NCBI GenBank assembly: GCA_050293885.1
Contig: JBNKNO010000008.1
Span: 21,857 to 85,856, forward strand
Length of the DNA stretch: 64,000 nucleotides
Direction: 5' to 3'
Source of the DNA: Rhodocyclaceae bacterium
GTDB lineage: Bacteria > Pseudomonadota > Gammaproteobacteria > Burkholderiales > Rhodocyclaceae
The translations under genes were made by a program, and so were the position numbers. The notes under the pieces are model-generated. The model was not told the origin of the DNA. It was given only the letters and a program-made list of their open reading frames with translations, and ran no database searches. How positions within the stretch are numbered: the first letter of the stretch is position 1; each line of letters starts with the position of its first letter. Below, piece by piece: positions 17,443 through 29,577 of this stretch.

Positions 17443-19638
17443 CTACACCGGCTCGAGCTTGGCCACGCCCAGCAACAACCACTTCATGCCGTTGGGCCCG
17501 AAGTTGATCTGCACGCGCGCGTCCGATCCGCTGCCCTCGGCGGCCACGATGGTGCCCACCCCAAAACGCCCGTGCTGCACGGTCTGACCGATCCGCAATC
17601 CACCCAGATCCCGTGACGGCTGCGGCACGCCCGCGCCGCGGCGCCGCGCACTGCCGCCGAAACCGGCGCTCGGCGACTGCAGCCGCGATGCGCTTTGCTG
17701 CGGGGTGAGCCACTTGGTGAGCCCCACCGGAATCTCGTCGAGAAAGCGCGAGCGCATGCAGTAGCGCGTCTGGCCGTGCAGCATGCGGCTTTGCGCCAGC
17801 GACACGTACAGCCGCTGACGCGCCCGCGTCACCGCCACGTACATCAGCCGGCGCTCCTCTTCCAACCCATCGAGCTCACGCACGCTGTTGTCGTGCGGAA
17901 ACAGCCCCTCTTCCAGGCCGGTGAGAAACACCACGTCGAACTCCAGCCCCTTGGCCGCATGCACGGTCATCAGTTGCACCGCGTCCTCGCCGGCATCCGC
18001 CTGATGATCACCCGCTTCGAGCGAGGCATGCGCAAGGAAGTCCGCCAGCAACGGATGATCGACCGGGCCATCGCCCACCGTGTTTTCGGCGACGAAGTTG
18101 GCTGCGGCGCTGATCAGCTCGTCGAGGTTTTCCAGCCGCTCCTGCCCCTCCTTGGCCTTCTGGCTCTGGTAGTAGTCGCGCAGGCCCGAATGGTCGAGCA
18201 CATGGTCGACCACCTCCGGCAGCGGCAACGGGGCCGTATCGACGCGCATCTTTTCGATGAGCGCGATGAACGGCTCGATCGCCTTGCGCGGCTTGCCGGT
18301 GAGGTGAGAAACGGTGGCATACAGATTGCCGTTGTAGGTACGCGCCACGTCCTGCAACGCTTCGAGCGAGCGAGCGCCGATGCCACGCGTCGGGAAGTTC
18401 ACCACCCGCGCAAAGGCGGTGTCGTCATCGGGGTTGGCGATCAGGCGCAGATAGGCCAGCGCATGCTTGATCTCCTGCCGCTCGAAAAAGCGCAAGCCGC
18501 CATAGACGCGGTACGAGACGCCCGCAGAGAAAAGCTGATGCTCGACCACCCGCGACTGCGCGTTGGAACGATAAAGCACGGCAATATCGGAGCGGGACAT
18601 GCCATCGCGTACCAGCGACTGGATCTCCTCGACCATCCAGCGTGCTTCGTCCAGATCGGTGAAGGCTTCGTACACCCGGATCGGTTCGCCCTCGCCCTGA
18701 TCGGTCCATAGCTGCTTGCCCAGCCGCTGGGTGTTGTTGGCGATGATGGCGTTGGCGGCGTCGAGAATATTGCCGCAGGAGCGATAGTTCTGTTCCAGCC
18801 GGATCACATTGGGCACGCTGAACTCGCGCTCGAACGCCAGCATGTTGCCCACCTCGGCACCGCGGAAGCGGTAAATCGACTGATCGTCATCACCCACGCA
18901 AAACAGGCTGGCGCCCGGATGCTCGCCGTCGCCCGCCGCCAGCAACTTCAACCAGCGGTACTGCAGCTTGTTGGTGTCCTGGAATTCGTCCACCAGAATG
19001 TGCTGAAAACGCCGCTGATAGTGCTTGCGGATCGGCTCGTTGTTCTTGAGCAACTCATAGGTGCGCAGCAGCAATTCGGCAAAATCCACCACCGACTCAC
19101 GCTGGCATTGCGCCTCGTACTCCATGTACAACTCGACGCGGCGGCGGGTGAAATCGTCCCAGGCCTCCACGTCGGCCGGCCGGTTGCCCTGATCCTTCTG
19201 GCCATTGATGAAGTGCTGCAGTTCGCGCGGCGGATACTTCTCGTCATCCACATTCAAGGCCTTGAGCAGGCGCTTGATGGCCGCCAACTGGTCGGCCGAA
19301 TCGAGGATCTGGAACAACTGCGGCAGATTCGCCTCGCGGTGATGGGCACGCAGCAGGCGGTTGCACAAGCCATGGAAGGTACCGATCCACATGCCGCGGG
19401 TATTGATCGGCAACATCGCCGTCAGCCGGGCGATCATCTCCTTGGCCGCCTTGTTGGTGAAGGTCACCGCCAACAGGCCTTGTGGCGTCAGTTGCCCGGT
19501 CTGGATCAACCAGGCGATGCGCGTGGTCAGTACCCGCGTCTTGCCCGATCCGGCGCCGGCGAGAATCAACGCATGCTGCGGTGGCAGCGTCACGGCCTGG
19601 GCTTGTTCCTGGTTCAGCGCGGCGAGCAGATCAGACAT
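17443..19638 (-). CDS. uvrD: DNA helicase II
   Basis: 731 aa from ATG 19638 (RBS AAAGGAG). Motif I AGAGSGKTRVL, DEFQDTN, and a conserved C-terminal region. Confidence 0.95.
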   Translation of the reverse strand: MSDLLAALNQEQAQAVTLPPQHALILAGAGSGKTRVLTTRIAWLIQTGQLTPQGLLAVTFTNKAAKEMIARLTAMLPINTRGMWIGTFHGLCNRLLRAHHREANLPQLFQILDSADQLAAIKRLLKALNVDDEKYPPRELQHFINGQKDQGNRPADVEAWDDFTRRRVELYMEYEAQCQRESVVDFAELLLRTYELLKNNEPIRKHYQRRFQHILVDEFQDTNKLQYRWLKLLAAGDGEHPGASLFCVGDDDQSIYRFRGAEVGNMLAFEREFSVPNVIRLEQNYRSCGNILDAANAIIANNTQRLGKQLWTDQGEGEPIRVYEAFTDLDEARWMVEEIQSLVRDGMSRSDIAVLYRSNAQSRVVEHQLFSAGVSYRVYGGLRFFERQEIKHALAYLRLIANPDDDTAFARVVNFPTRGIGARSLEALQDVARTYNGNLYATVSHLTGKPRKAIEPFIALIEKMRVDTAPLPLPEVVDHVLDHSGLRDYYQSQKAKEGQERLENLDELISAAANFVAENTVGDGPVDHPLLADFLAHASLEAGDHQADAGEDAVQLMTVHAAKGLEFDVVFLTGLEEGLFPHDNSVRELDGLEEERRLMYVAVTRARQRLYVSLAQSRMLHGQTRYCMRSRFLDEIPVGLTKWLTPQQSASRLQSPSAGFGGSARRRGAGVPQPSRDLGGLRIGQTVQHGRFGVGTIVAAEGSGSDARVQINFGPNGMKWLLLGVAKLEPV

Positions 19639-19898
19639 TCGGTCTCCTTTTGGCCGCCATTCTACCGTCCTGAGACGCTCGACGGACTTCGCTTGCACTA
19701 ACCCGACAAAAAGACTAAGGTTTATTTGTGCACAGCAACATTTGTTTGAACTTTTTCACGGTTTCCGGCCTCAAACCCGCGTACTATTAAAACCATCGTT
19801 TGTTTTGCTACGCACCAACACAGAGAGAAACGCGGCCCACAAGGCGGCGAAGAACGAAGTTATTACGAGCCGGACACCGGCCAAAAAGGAGTACCGAG

Positions 19899-20225
19899 AT
19901 GAAATCACCGAAACTGTTGCCGTGGTACGCCCGCAAGGCGGGTGTTTCGATCGAGCGCGCCGAAGTCCTGTGGCGCAAGGCCGTGCGCAAAGCCACCGCC
20001 GAAACCGGCTGGGTCGGCAATGCCGAGTACTGGGGCGCTGCCATGGACCACTTCCACGACTTGCTCGAGGCAGAGAACTCCAGCCTGTGCACCCCCAATC
20101 TGTCGGTCGCGCTGCGCGTGCAACGCCGCGCCATGCGCCTGCCACTCACGATCATGGAAGATCTCTCCGCCGCCGCGGCTGTCCACTGGCAGCGCTACGT
20201 GTGCACCTGGCGCCGCGCCGCCTGA
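19899..20225 (+). CDS. Hypothetical 108-aa protein, independent transcription unit
   Basis: ATG 19899 with RBS AAAGGAG, in an AT-rich upstream region; followed by a strong terminator at 20271. No family recognised. Confidence 0.55.
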   Translation: MKSPKLLPWYARKAGVSIERAEVLWRKAVRKATAETGWVGNAEYWGAAMDHFHDLLEAENSSLCTPNLSVALRVQRRAMRLPLTIMEDLSAAAAVHWQRYVCTWRRAA

Positions 20226-20270
20226 GCCCGCGCGGCCCTACCGAATCCCTCCCTCTCCTCTTTGGAGTTC

Positions 20271-20303
20271 GGCATCCGGTCACCCGACCGGGTGCCGTTT
20301 TTT
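20271..20303 (+). terminator. Rho-independent terminator
   Basis: ggcatccggtc-accc-gaccgggtgcc (11-bp stem, one G-U) followed by gTTTTTT. Confidence 0.8.
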
Positions 20304-20310
20304 CGTCTGA

Positions 20311-23103
<2,793 letters not shown>

Positions 23104-23143
23104 ACCCCTTCGCCGCCCGCCTCACCCGCCCCGGAGCGCATTC

Positions 23144-23647
23144 ATGACATCCCTTTCGCGACGCCGCCTGCTGACCGCCGCGCTGACCGTCCTTGCCCTC
23201 GCCGGCTGCGGCTTTCATCTGCGCGGCAACATCGCGATGCCATTCCACTCGGCCCACGTCGCCGGCAGCGAACACGATCCGGTGCTCACCGACCTGCGTC
23301 GCCAACTGCGTCTCAACGACGTCGAGGTCACCGACGAAGCCAAAGGCGCGCAGATCGTCATCCGCATCCTCCAGCTGCGTCAGGAGCGCGACATCCTCAG
23401 CTTGAACTCGGCCGGCAAGGCGCGCGAATACCGCCTGTTCTACACGCTGGCCTACGCGGTGGATGCCGCTGACGGCACCTCGCTGCGCGCACCGGACCGC
23501 ATCACGCTGCGCCGCGACGTCACTTTTTCAGACTCGCAGGTGCTCGCCAAGGCGCAGGAAGAGGCGCTGCTCTACAACGACATGAAGACCGACATCGTGC
23601 AGCAGCTCATGCGCCGCCTGGCGACGATCAAGCTCGCCGCCCAATGA
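23144..23647 (+). CDS. lptE: LPS-assembly lipoprotein LptE
   Basis: Lipobox LALAGCGFHLRG; conserved position between leuS and holA. Confidence 0.8.
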   Translation: MTSLSRRRLLTAALTVLALAGCGFHLRGNIAMPFHSAHVAGSEHDPVLTDLRRQLRLNDVEVTDEAKGAQIVIRILQLRQERDILSLNSAGKAREYRLFYTLAYAVDAADGTSLRAPDRITLRRDVTFSDSQVLAKAQEEALLYNDMKTDIVQQLMRRLATIKLAAQ

Positions 23648-23782
23648 TCCTGGAAATCGCAGTTGACCGCTTGTGCTCGCAAGCAAGGCATTGAATATGC
23701 AAACGTCTTTGGTTTCGACACCGAACACCCGGTGGGTGAGTGCGCTACGCACACTCGGGCACGTCCAACTACGGTTTCCAGG

Positions 23783-24805
23783 ATGAAACTCTCGCCGGAC
23801 CGCCTGACGCCGCAACTGGAGCAGGCGCTCGGCGCGCTTTATGTCGTGCACGGCAACGAACCGTTGCTGGTTTCCGAGGCCGGCGACGCCATTCGCGCCG
23901 CCGCCAAAGCGCAAGGTTTCGACGAACGGGAAATCCTCGTCAGCGGCCCGGGATTCGGTTGGGAGGCGGTGTTCGAGTCCACCGGCACGCTGTCGCTGTT
24001 CGGCAATCGCAAGGTGGTGGATCTACGCATCCCGAACGGCAAGCCGGGCAAGGACGGGGGCGACGCCCTCAAGCAACTCGCCACCCAAACGCCTTCGCAA
24101 GCCGACGACGTCATTACCCTGATCACCCTGCCCGAGCTCGATTGGGCCACGCGCAAGACGGCCTGGTTCGCCGCACTCGAAAAAGCCGGGGTGTCGATCG
24201 AATGCAACGCGCCGCCGCGTGAGCAACTGCCGCGATGGATCGCCATGCGTCTGTCCAACCAGCAACAGTCTGCCCCGGCCGATGCGCTGGCGTTCATCGC
24301 CGATCACGTCGAAGGCAACCTGCTGGCCGCGCACCAGGAGCTGCGCAAACTGGCGCTCCTGTACCCGGTGGGCGAGTTGAGCCTCGATCAAGTGCGCGAC
24401 GCGGTGCTCGACGTGGCGCGCTACAGCGTCGAACACCTGCGCATGGCGCTGCTCGAAGGCGACGCCGCGCGCTGCAGCCGGCTGCTCGAAGGTCTCGCCG
24501 GCGAAGGCACGGCGGCACCGCTGGTGCTATGGACGCTGGCCAACGAGATTCGAACGCTGGCACGCATCCAGTCTGCCCAACATCGCGGCCAGCCGATCGG
24601 CGCGGCGATCAAGGCCGAGCGCGTGTTTGACGACCGCCGCCGTAGCGCGCTGCAACGCGCGCTCGGGCGCCTCCGCCCCGGCCCGGTGCGCGCCGCACTG
24701 GCACATGCGGCAAGAATCGACCGCATCATCAAGGGCTTGAGCCCGGGCGACGTGTGGGACGAATGCCTGCGACTGACGCTGCGGCTGTGCGAACAACGCG
24801 CCTGA
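23783..24805 (+). CDS. holA: DNA polymerase III delta subunit
   Basis: 340 aa from ATG 23783 (MKLSPDRLTPQLEQ..LYVVHGNEPLL). Conserved leuS-lptE-holA synteny. Confidence 0.8.
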   Translation: MKLSPDRLTPQLEQALGALYVVHGNEPLLVSEAGDAIRAAAKAQGFDEREILVSGPGFGWEAVFESTGTLSLFGNRKVVDLRIPNGKPGKDGGDALKQLATQTPSQADDVITLITLPELDWATRKTAWFAALEKAGVSIECNAPPREQLPRWIAMRLSNQQQSAPADALAFIADHVEGNLLAAHQELRKLALLYPVGELSLDQVRDAVLDVARYSVEHLRMALLEGDAARCSRLLEGLAGEGTAAPLVLWTLANEIRTLARIQSAQHRGQPIGAAIKAERVFDDRRRSALQRALGRLRPGPVRAALAHAARIDRIIKGLSPGDVWDECLRLTLRLCEQRA

Positions 24806-24899
24806 ACGCCCGACCAGGCCACTGATCGCCCGCTTTTTGCCGCACTGCGCAAGCATGCGGTAATCTGTTCGATTACGTCACTCGAATCGACCCGGCATC

Positions 24900-26177
24900 A
24901 TGGACATTGCACGCTACATGCAGACGGTGGGCCAGCAGGCGCGCGACGCCTCACGCCACATGGCGGCCGCCTCCACCCAAGCAAAGAACACCGCACTCAC
25001 AGCCATCGCCCGCCACCTGCGCGAGCGCAAGGACGCGCTGCTCACCGCCAACGCGGCCGATCTCGCGCAAGCGCGCGCAGACGGCCTGGAACCCGCGCTG
25101 ATCGACCGTCTCACCCTCACGGACAAGGGCGTGGCGGCGATGGCGGAAGGCCTCGAACAAATCGCCGCGCTGCCCGATCCGGTCGGTGAAATCACCGATG
25201 TGAAACGGCGCCCGAGCGGCATTCAGGTCGGCAAGATGCGCGTGCCGCTGGGCGTGGTCGGCATCATTTACGAGGCGCGCCCCAACGTCACCGCCGACGC
25301 CGCCGCGCTGTGCCTGAAGTCGGGCAACGCGGCCATTCTGCGCGGCGGCAAGGAAGCCATCCACTGCAATCAGGCGATTGCCGAATGCGTGCGCGCCGGG
25401 TTGGCCGAGGCCGGCCTGCCCGAAGCGGCGGTACAGGTCATCGAAACCACCGATCGCGCCGCCGTCGGCCAGCTCATCACCCTGCCCGAGTACGTCGACG
25501 TGATCGTGCCGCGCGGCGGCAAGGGGCTGATCGAGCGCATCTCGCGCGAAGCGCGCGTGCCCGTCATCAAGCACCTCGACGGCAACTGTCATGTCTACGT
25601 GCACGAAGCGGCCGACGCCGACAAGGCACTGGCGATTGTCGAGAACTCGAAGACCCAGCGCTACGGCACCTGCAACACCGCCGAATCGCTGCTCATCGAC
25701 GAATCCATCGCCGACACCCAGCTGCCCCGCATCGGCCAGATGCTTGCAGGCAAGGGCGTGGCCCTGCGCTGCTGCGAGCGCAGCCTGGCGCTGCTGCGCG
25801 AAGCCGGCATCGACGCCAGCCACCTGCAGGCAGCGCAGGAGAGCGACTGGAGCGAGGAATATCTCGCCCCGATCATCGCCGTGCGCATCGTCACCGACCT
25901 GGACGAGGCGATCGCGCATATCAACCGCTACAGCTCCGGTCACACCGAGAGCATCGTGAGCGAGAACTACACCGCAGCCATGCGCTTCTTGCGCGAAGTG
26001 GATTCGGCCTCAGTGATGATCAACGCCTCGACGCGATTTGCGGACGGATTCGAGTACGGACTGGGCGCCGAAATCGGCATCTCCACCGACAAGATTCACG
26101 CCCGCGGTCCGGTGGGCCTCGAAGGGCTGACCAGCCAGAAATGGATTGTGTTCGGCAACGGGGAAGTGCGCGGCTAA
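24900..26177 (+). CDS. proA: Gamma-glutamyl phosphate reductase
   Basis: 425 aa, aldehyde-dehydrogenase-like; motifs [41 protein letters not shown]. Confidence 0.95.
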   Translation: MDIARYMQTVGQQARDASRHMAAASTQAKNTALTAIARHLRERKDALLTANAADLAQARADGLEPALIDRLTLTDKGVAAMAEGLEQIAALPDPVGEITDVKRRPSGIQVGKMRVPLGVVGIIYEARPNVTADAAALCLKSGNAAILRGGKEAIHCNQAIAECVRAGLAEAGLPEAAVQVIETTDRAAVGQLITLPEYVDVIVPRGGKGLIERISREARVPVIKHLDGNCHVYVHEAADADKALAIVENSKTQRYGTCNTAESLLIDESIADTQLPRIGQMLAGKGVALRCCERSLALLREAGIDASHLQAAQESDWSEEYLAPIIAVRIVTDLDEAIAHINRYSSGHTESIVSENYTAAMRFLREVDSASVMINASTRFADGFEYGLGAEIGISTDKIHARGPVGLEGLTSQKWIVFGNGEVRG

Positions 26178-26265
26178 GCAATCCGCACGATCGTTCGCAA
26201 GCCTGATAGGATAGGCGCGTGCTGCGCAGGGGCGGCACGTGCCACGATCCTTTTCGGGAGATCCC

Positions 26266-26832
26266 ATGAAAAACATTTTCGCCATCCTCTGCGCCCTGTT
26301 CGTGTTGTCGGCCCATGCCGCCGTCGACGTCGCAGGCGTCAAGTTCGAAGACGCTGCCCGCATTGGCGAGCAGACACTCACGCTGAACGGCGCCGGCGTG
26401 CGCAAGAAGTTCTTCTTCAAGGTCTATGCGGCCGGCCTCTATCTGCCGCACAAGGCCGACGCCACCTCCGCCGTACTGGCGCAAACCGGCGCCAAACGCA
26501 TCGACATCGAGACCTTGCGCGACCTCACCGCCAAGCAATTCACCGATGCGCTTGAAGAAGGTCTGGAGAAGAATCTCAGCGCCGCCGAACTGGCGGCACT
26601 CCAGCCCCAAATCAAGCAGTTCGTCGGCAACCTCCTGGCGGTCGAATCCGCCAAGGAAGGCACCCGCATCCTGATCGACTACCTGCCAGGCTCAGGCACC
26701 GCGCTGACGGTCTCGGGCCACCCGGCCGGCAAGCCCGTCGCCGGCGCAGCCTTCTTCGACGCCTTGCTGCGCGTCTGGATTGGCGACAAACCAGCGCAGA
26801 ACGATCTGAAACAGTCTCTGCTCGGTCGATGA
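26266..26832 (+). CDS. Chalcone isomerase-like family periplasmic protein
   Basis: ATG 26266 (RBS GGGAG), signal peptide MKNIFAILCALFVLSAHA, motif LNGAGVRKKFFFKVYAAGLYL typical of the Chalcone_3 family. Confidence 0.7.
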   Translation: MKNIFAILCALFVLSAHAAVDVAGVKFEDAARIGEQTLTLNGAGVRKKFFFKVYAAGLYLPHKADATSAVLAQTGAKRIDIETLRDLTAKQFTDALEEGLEKNLSAAELAALQPQIKQFVGNLLAVESAKEGTRILIDYLPGSGTALTVSGHPAGKPVAGAAFFDALLRVWIGDKPAQNDLKQSLLGR

Positions 26833-27011
26833 GATGCGCCCGACCGCTTCGCGTGCGGTAGCGGCTGTGGCATACTCGCCGCGTTCGGGTGAGTTCGCTC
26901 ACCCTCAGCTTGCTCTGGGGTAGAGCAACCGGGTCGGCGTGACCTACGGGTCGCGCCGCACCCACCCCACCGGCGCTTGTTGCACACCGCCTTGCCGCGC
27001 AAAATGTCCGT

Positions 27012-27476
27012 ATGGATTTCGCCGCAATCATCCCCGCCCCATTCGGCGCGCTCGGCATCACCTGCACAAGCGATGTCATCACGGAGATTCGCTTTCTCCC
27101 GCCCGGCACGGCAGCGCGCGCGCCCACGACCGCGATCGCCCGATCTGCGGCCGATCAGCTCAAGGTCTGGCTGCAGGATGCCAGCGCGACGTTCAACCTG
27201 CCCCTCGCCCCTGCCGGCACGCCGTTTCAGAGACGTGTGTGGACCGCCATCAGCGCCATTCCAGCGGGAGAGCGACGTAGTTACGGCGACATTTCCACCG
27301 AGCTCGGCAGCGCCGCCCGCGCTGTCGGTCAAGCCTGTGGCGCCAATCCCTACCCGATCGTGGTGCCCTGCCATCGCGTCGTCGCCAAACACGCGCTGGG
27401 CGGCTTCGCCAACGCCCGCGGAGGCTTTCTCATCGAGACCAAACAATGGCTGCTTCGCCACGAAATGCGCCGCTAG
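27012..27476 (+). CDS. ogt: Methylated-DNA--protein-cysteine methyltransferase
   Basis: 154 aa; active-site motif IVVPCHRVV, preceded by TPFQRRVW and SYGDIS. Confidence 0.9.
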   Translation: MDFAAIIPAPFGALGITCTSDVITEIRFLPPGTAARAPTTAIARSAADQLKVWLQDASATFNLPLAPAGTPFQRRVWTAISAIPAGERRSYGDISTELGSAARAVGQACGANPYPIVVPCHRVVAKHALGGFANARGGFLIETKQWLLRHEMRR

Positions 27477-28381
27477 CCCCACTCGAGGCCGCGGACCAGC
27501 GCGACCTGGATGCGTTTTGCGACGGCCTGTGGCTCGAAGACGGGCTGGCGCGCAACACGCTCGACGCCTACCGCAGCGATCTGTCCCGTTTCGCCCGGTG
27601 GCTGCGCCAGGCGCACAAACGGGCACTCCCCGACGCCGCCACTGAACACCTGCACGCGTATCTGGCCGACTTCAGCCAGCACGCCAAGCCCGCCAGCCAA
27701 CGCCGCCTGCTGTCGGCCTGGCGCCGCTTTTTTCAGCGACAAATGCGCGACGGGCGCATCACGCACGACCCGAGCGCGGCCATCGACCCGCCGATGCCGG
27801 GACAACGTTTTCCAAAAACGCTGTCGGAGACGGCCGTCGACGCCCTGCTCGACGCGCCGGACATCGACACCGCCCTGGGCTTGCGCGACAAGGCAATGCT
27901 CGAGCTCCTCTATGCGACGGGTTTGCGTGTCTCGGAGCTGGTCGGCCTCAATACCTTCCAGGTCAGTCTCAATGACGGTGCGCTGCGCGTCATGGGCAAA
28001 GGCGCCAAAGAAAGGCTGGTCCCGATCGGCCAACAGGCTGCCGACTGGCTTCAGCGCTATCTTTCGGGATCGCGCCAACCGATTCTCGCCGGCCGCCAAA
28101 GCGATGCGCTGTTCGTCACCACGCGCGGCAACGCCATGAGCCGCCAGATGTTCTGGCGACTCATCAAACGCTACGGCACCATCGCGGGCATTGCAGAAAA
28201 CATTCTGTCACCCCATACCTTGCGTCATGCCTTTGCCACGCATCTACTCAATCACGGCGCCGATTTGCGCGTCGTACAATTGCTGCTCGGCCATGCCGAT
28301 ATTTCCACGACGCAGATTTACACGCATGTCGCCCGAGCCCGACTGAAACAAATGCACGCCATTCACCACCCGCGCGGCTAA
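27446..28381 (+). CDS. xerD: Site-specific tyrosine recombinase XerD
   Basis: Close colinear similarity to E. coli XerD (FCDGLWLE, LRDKAMLELLYATGLRVSELVGL, HTLRHAFATHLLNHGADLRVVQLLLGHADISTTQIYTHV). The ATG 27446 start overlaps ogt by 31 nt. Confidence 0.9.
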   Translation: MAASPRNAPLAPLEAADQRDLDAFCDGLWLEDGLARNTLDAYRSDLSRFARWLRQAHKRALPDAATEHLHAYLADFSQHAKPASQRRLLSAWRRFFQRQMRDGRITHDPSAAIDPPMPGQRFPKTLSETAVDALLDAPDIDTALGLRDKAMLELLYATGLRVSELVGLNTFQVSLNDGALRVMGKGAKERLVPIGQQAADWLQRYLSGSRQPILAGRQSDALFVTTRGNAMSRQMFWRLIKRYGTIAGIAENILSPHTLRHAFATHLLNHGADLRVVQLLLGHADISTTQIYTHVARARLKQMHAIHHPRG

Positions 28382-28402
28382 CTGGAATCCGAGCATCCCG
28401 CC

Positions 28403-28891
28403 ATGAACAGCAAACATCCCGACACCCCCGCCATCCGCTTTCTTCAAAGCCATCGAATTGCCTTTGCGCCGCTGCTATATGCCTACGAGGAACATGGCGG
28501 CACACGCGTGGCAGCACACTCGCTGAATCTCCCGGAGCACGCGGTCATCAAAACACTGGTGCTGGAAGATGATTTACGCAAACCGCTGATTGTGTTGATG
28601 CATGGCGATCGAGATGTCGCGCTGAAAAAGCTGGCCACCGAAATCGGCGCAAAAAGCGTTCACCCCTGCAAGCCGGACATCGCGCAAAAGCACACCGGCT
28701 ACCAAGTCGGCGGCACCTCTCCCTTCGGCCTGAGAAAACCCATGCCGATATACCTGGAGCGCAGCATTCTCGATCTGCCACTGGTCTACATCAATGGCGG
28801 CAAGCGTGGCTTCCTGGTTGGCATACACGCGCACGACCTGATGCAATCCTTGCAGCCGACAACACTCGATATCGCCAAGAAAAACGAATAA
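28403..28891 (+). CDS. ybaK: YbaK/EbsC-family Cys-tRNA(Pro) deacylase
   Basis: 162 aa, colinear with E. coli YbaK (TGYQVGGTSPFG, INGGKRG). Confidence 0.8.
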   Translation: MNSKHPDTPAIRFLQSHRIAFAPLLYAYEEHGGTRVAAHSLNLPEHAVIKTLVLEDDLRKPLIVLMHGDRDVALKKLATEIGAKSVHPCKPDIAQKHTGYQVGGTSPFGLRKPMPIYLERSILDLPLVYINGGKRGFLVGIHAHDLMQSLQPTTLDIAKKNE

Positions 28892-29113
28892 GCGCGCTTT
28901 TTCCAATTCCGACAAACTTTTTTATATATCGTGCCGAAATAACCAGAGAGTTGATTTGCTTCAACGCTTGATGGCAGAATCCGGAGTGATTGGATTTGGC
29001 GATTGAAGACGAAATCCTAAATACCTTTCGACATATAAATCGCTTTATTCGTGGCGCGTGTCGATTGCGCCGAAGCGTCACAAGCAAACATTTACAAACA
29101 ATAAAGGCTCGAC

Positions 29114-29473
29114 ATGGACATCAAACTGAATCAACTGACCGTCACCGAGCTGCGCCGTCTGCGCACCAAAGTGGACTCGGAACTGAAACGCCGCGACGAT
29201 GTCGCCCGCAAAGAGGTTCTCAAGCAGGTCAAGAAAATCGCGGCAGAGCATGGCGTGACGCTTTCCGAAGTGCTCGCCGAGGCCAAGCCGCCGCGCGCCG
29301 CAGCAAAGACCACGCGCAAGGCGTCGAGCGCGAAGGGCAAGAAAGTCCCGGTCAAATACCGCAATCCGGCAGACAGCACACAAGGCTGGACCGGCCGCGG
29401 CCGCAAGCCGCGTTGGGTTGAGGCATGGCTGGCGAGCGGCAAGTCGATCGACGATCTGCAGGTCAAGAAATGA
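29114..29473 (+). CDS. hns: H-NS family nucleoid-associated protein (Bv3F type)
   Basis: 119 aa, N-terminal coiled coil, C-terminal DNA-binding motif GWTGRGRKPRW. Preceded by ~220 bp of AT-rich DNA. Confidence 0.85.
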   Translation: MDIKLNQLTVTELRRLRTKVDSELKRRDDVARKEVLKQVKKIAAEHGVTLSEVLAEAKPPRAAAKTTRKASSAKGKKVPVKYRNPADSTQGWTGRGRKPRWVEAWLASGKSIDDLQVKK

Positions 29474-29500
29474 CCCCATGCCACATCGGCAACAGGTAAA

Positions 29501-29528
29501 TCAAAAGCCGCCCACGGGCGGCTTTTGA
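29501..29528. terminator. Bidirectional Rho-independent terminator between hns and folB
   Basis: tcaaaagccgcc-cacg-ggcggcttttga: a perfect 12-bp stem flanked by an A-run and a T-run. Confidence 0.85.
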
Positions 29529-29577
29529 TTTGTCGAGCATCGACCCTGCTCGCACCTGTTTCACACAACCGGACGCT

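Noticed and set aside
19639-19760. LexA/SOS box upstream of uvrD
   Set aside because: No CTGT-N8-ACAG palindrome was seen in the uvrD upstream region. Only AT-rich sequence with partial matches (tgtgcacagcaacatttg) is present.
26903-26960. tRNA-like gene suggested by a D-arm look-alike GCTC-TGGGGTA-GAGC
   Set aside because: No acceptor stem complement, no 7-nt anticodon loop (the next helix is a 10-bp stem with a 4-nt loop) and no T-arm GTTCRANYC in the correct register.
27446-28381. A dif site near xerD
   Set aside because: No sequence resembling the 28-bp dif consensus (GGTGCGCATAATGTATATTATGTTAAAT) was seen anywhere in the window. xerD position does not predict dif.
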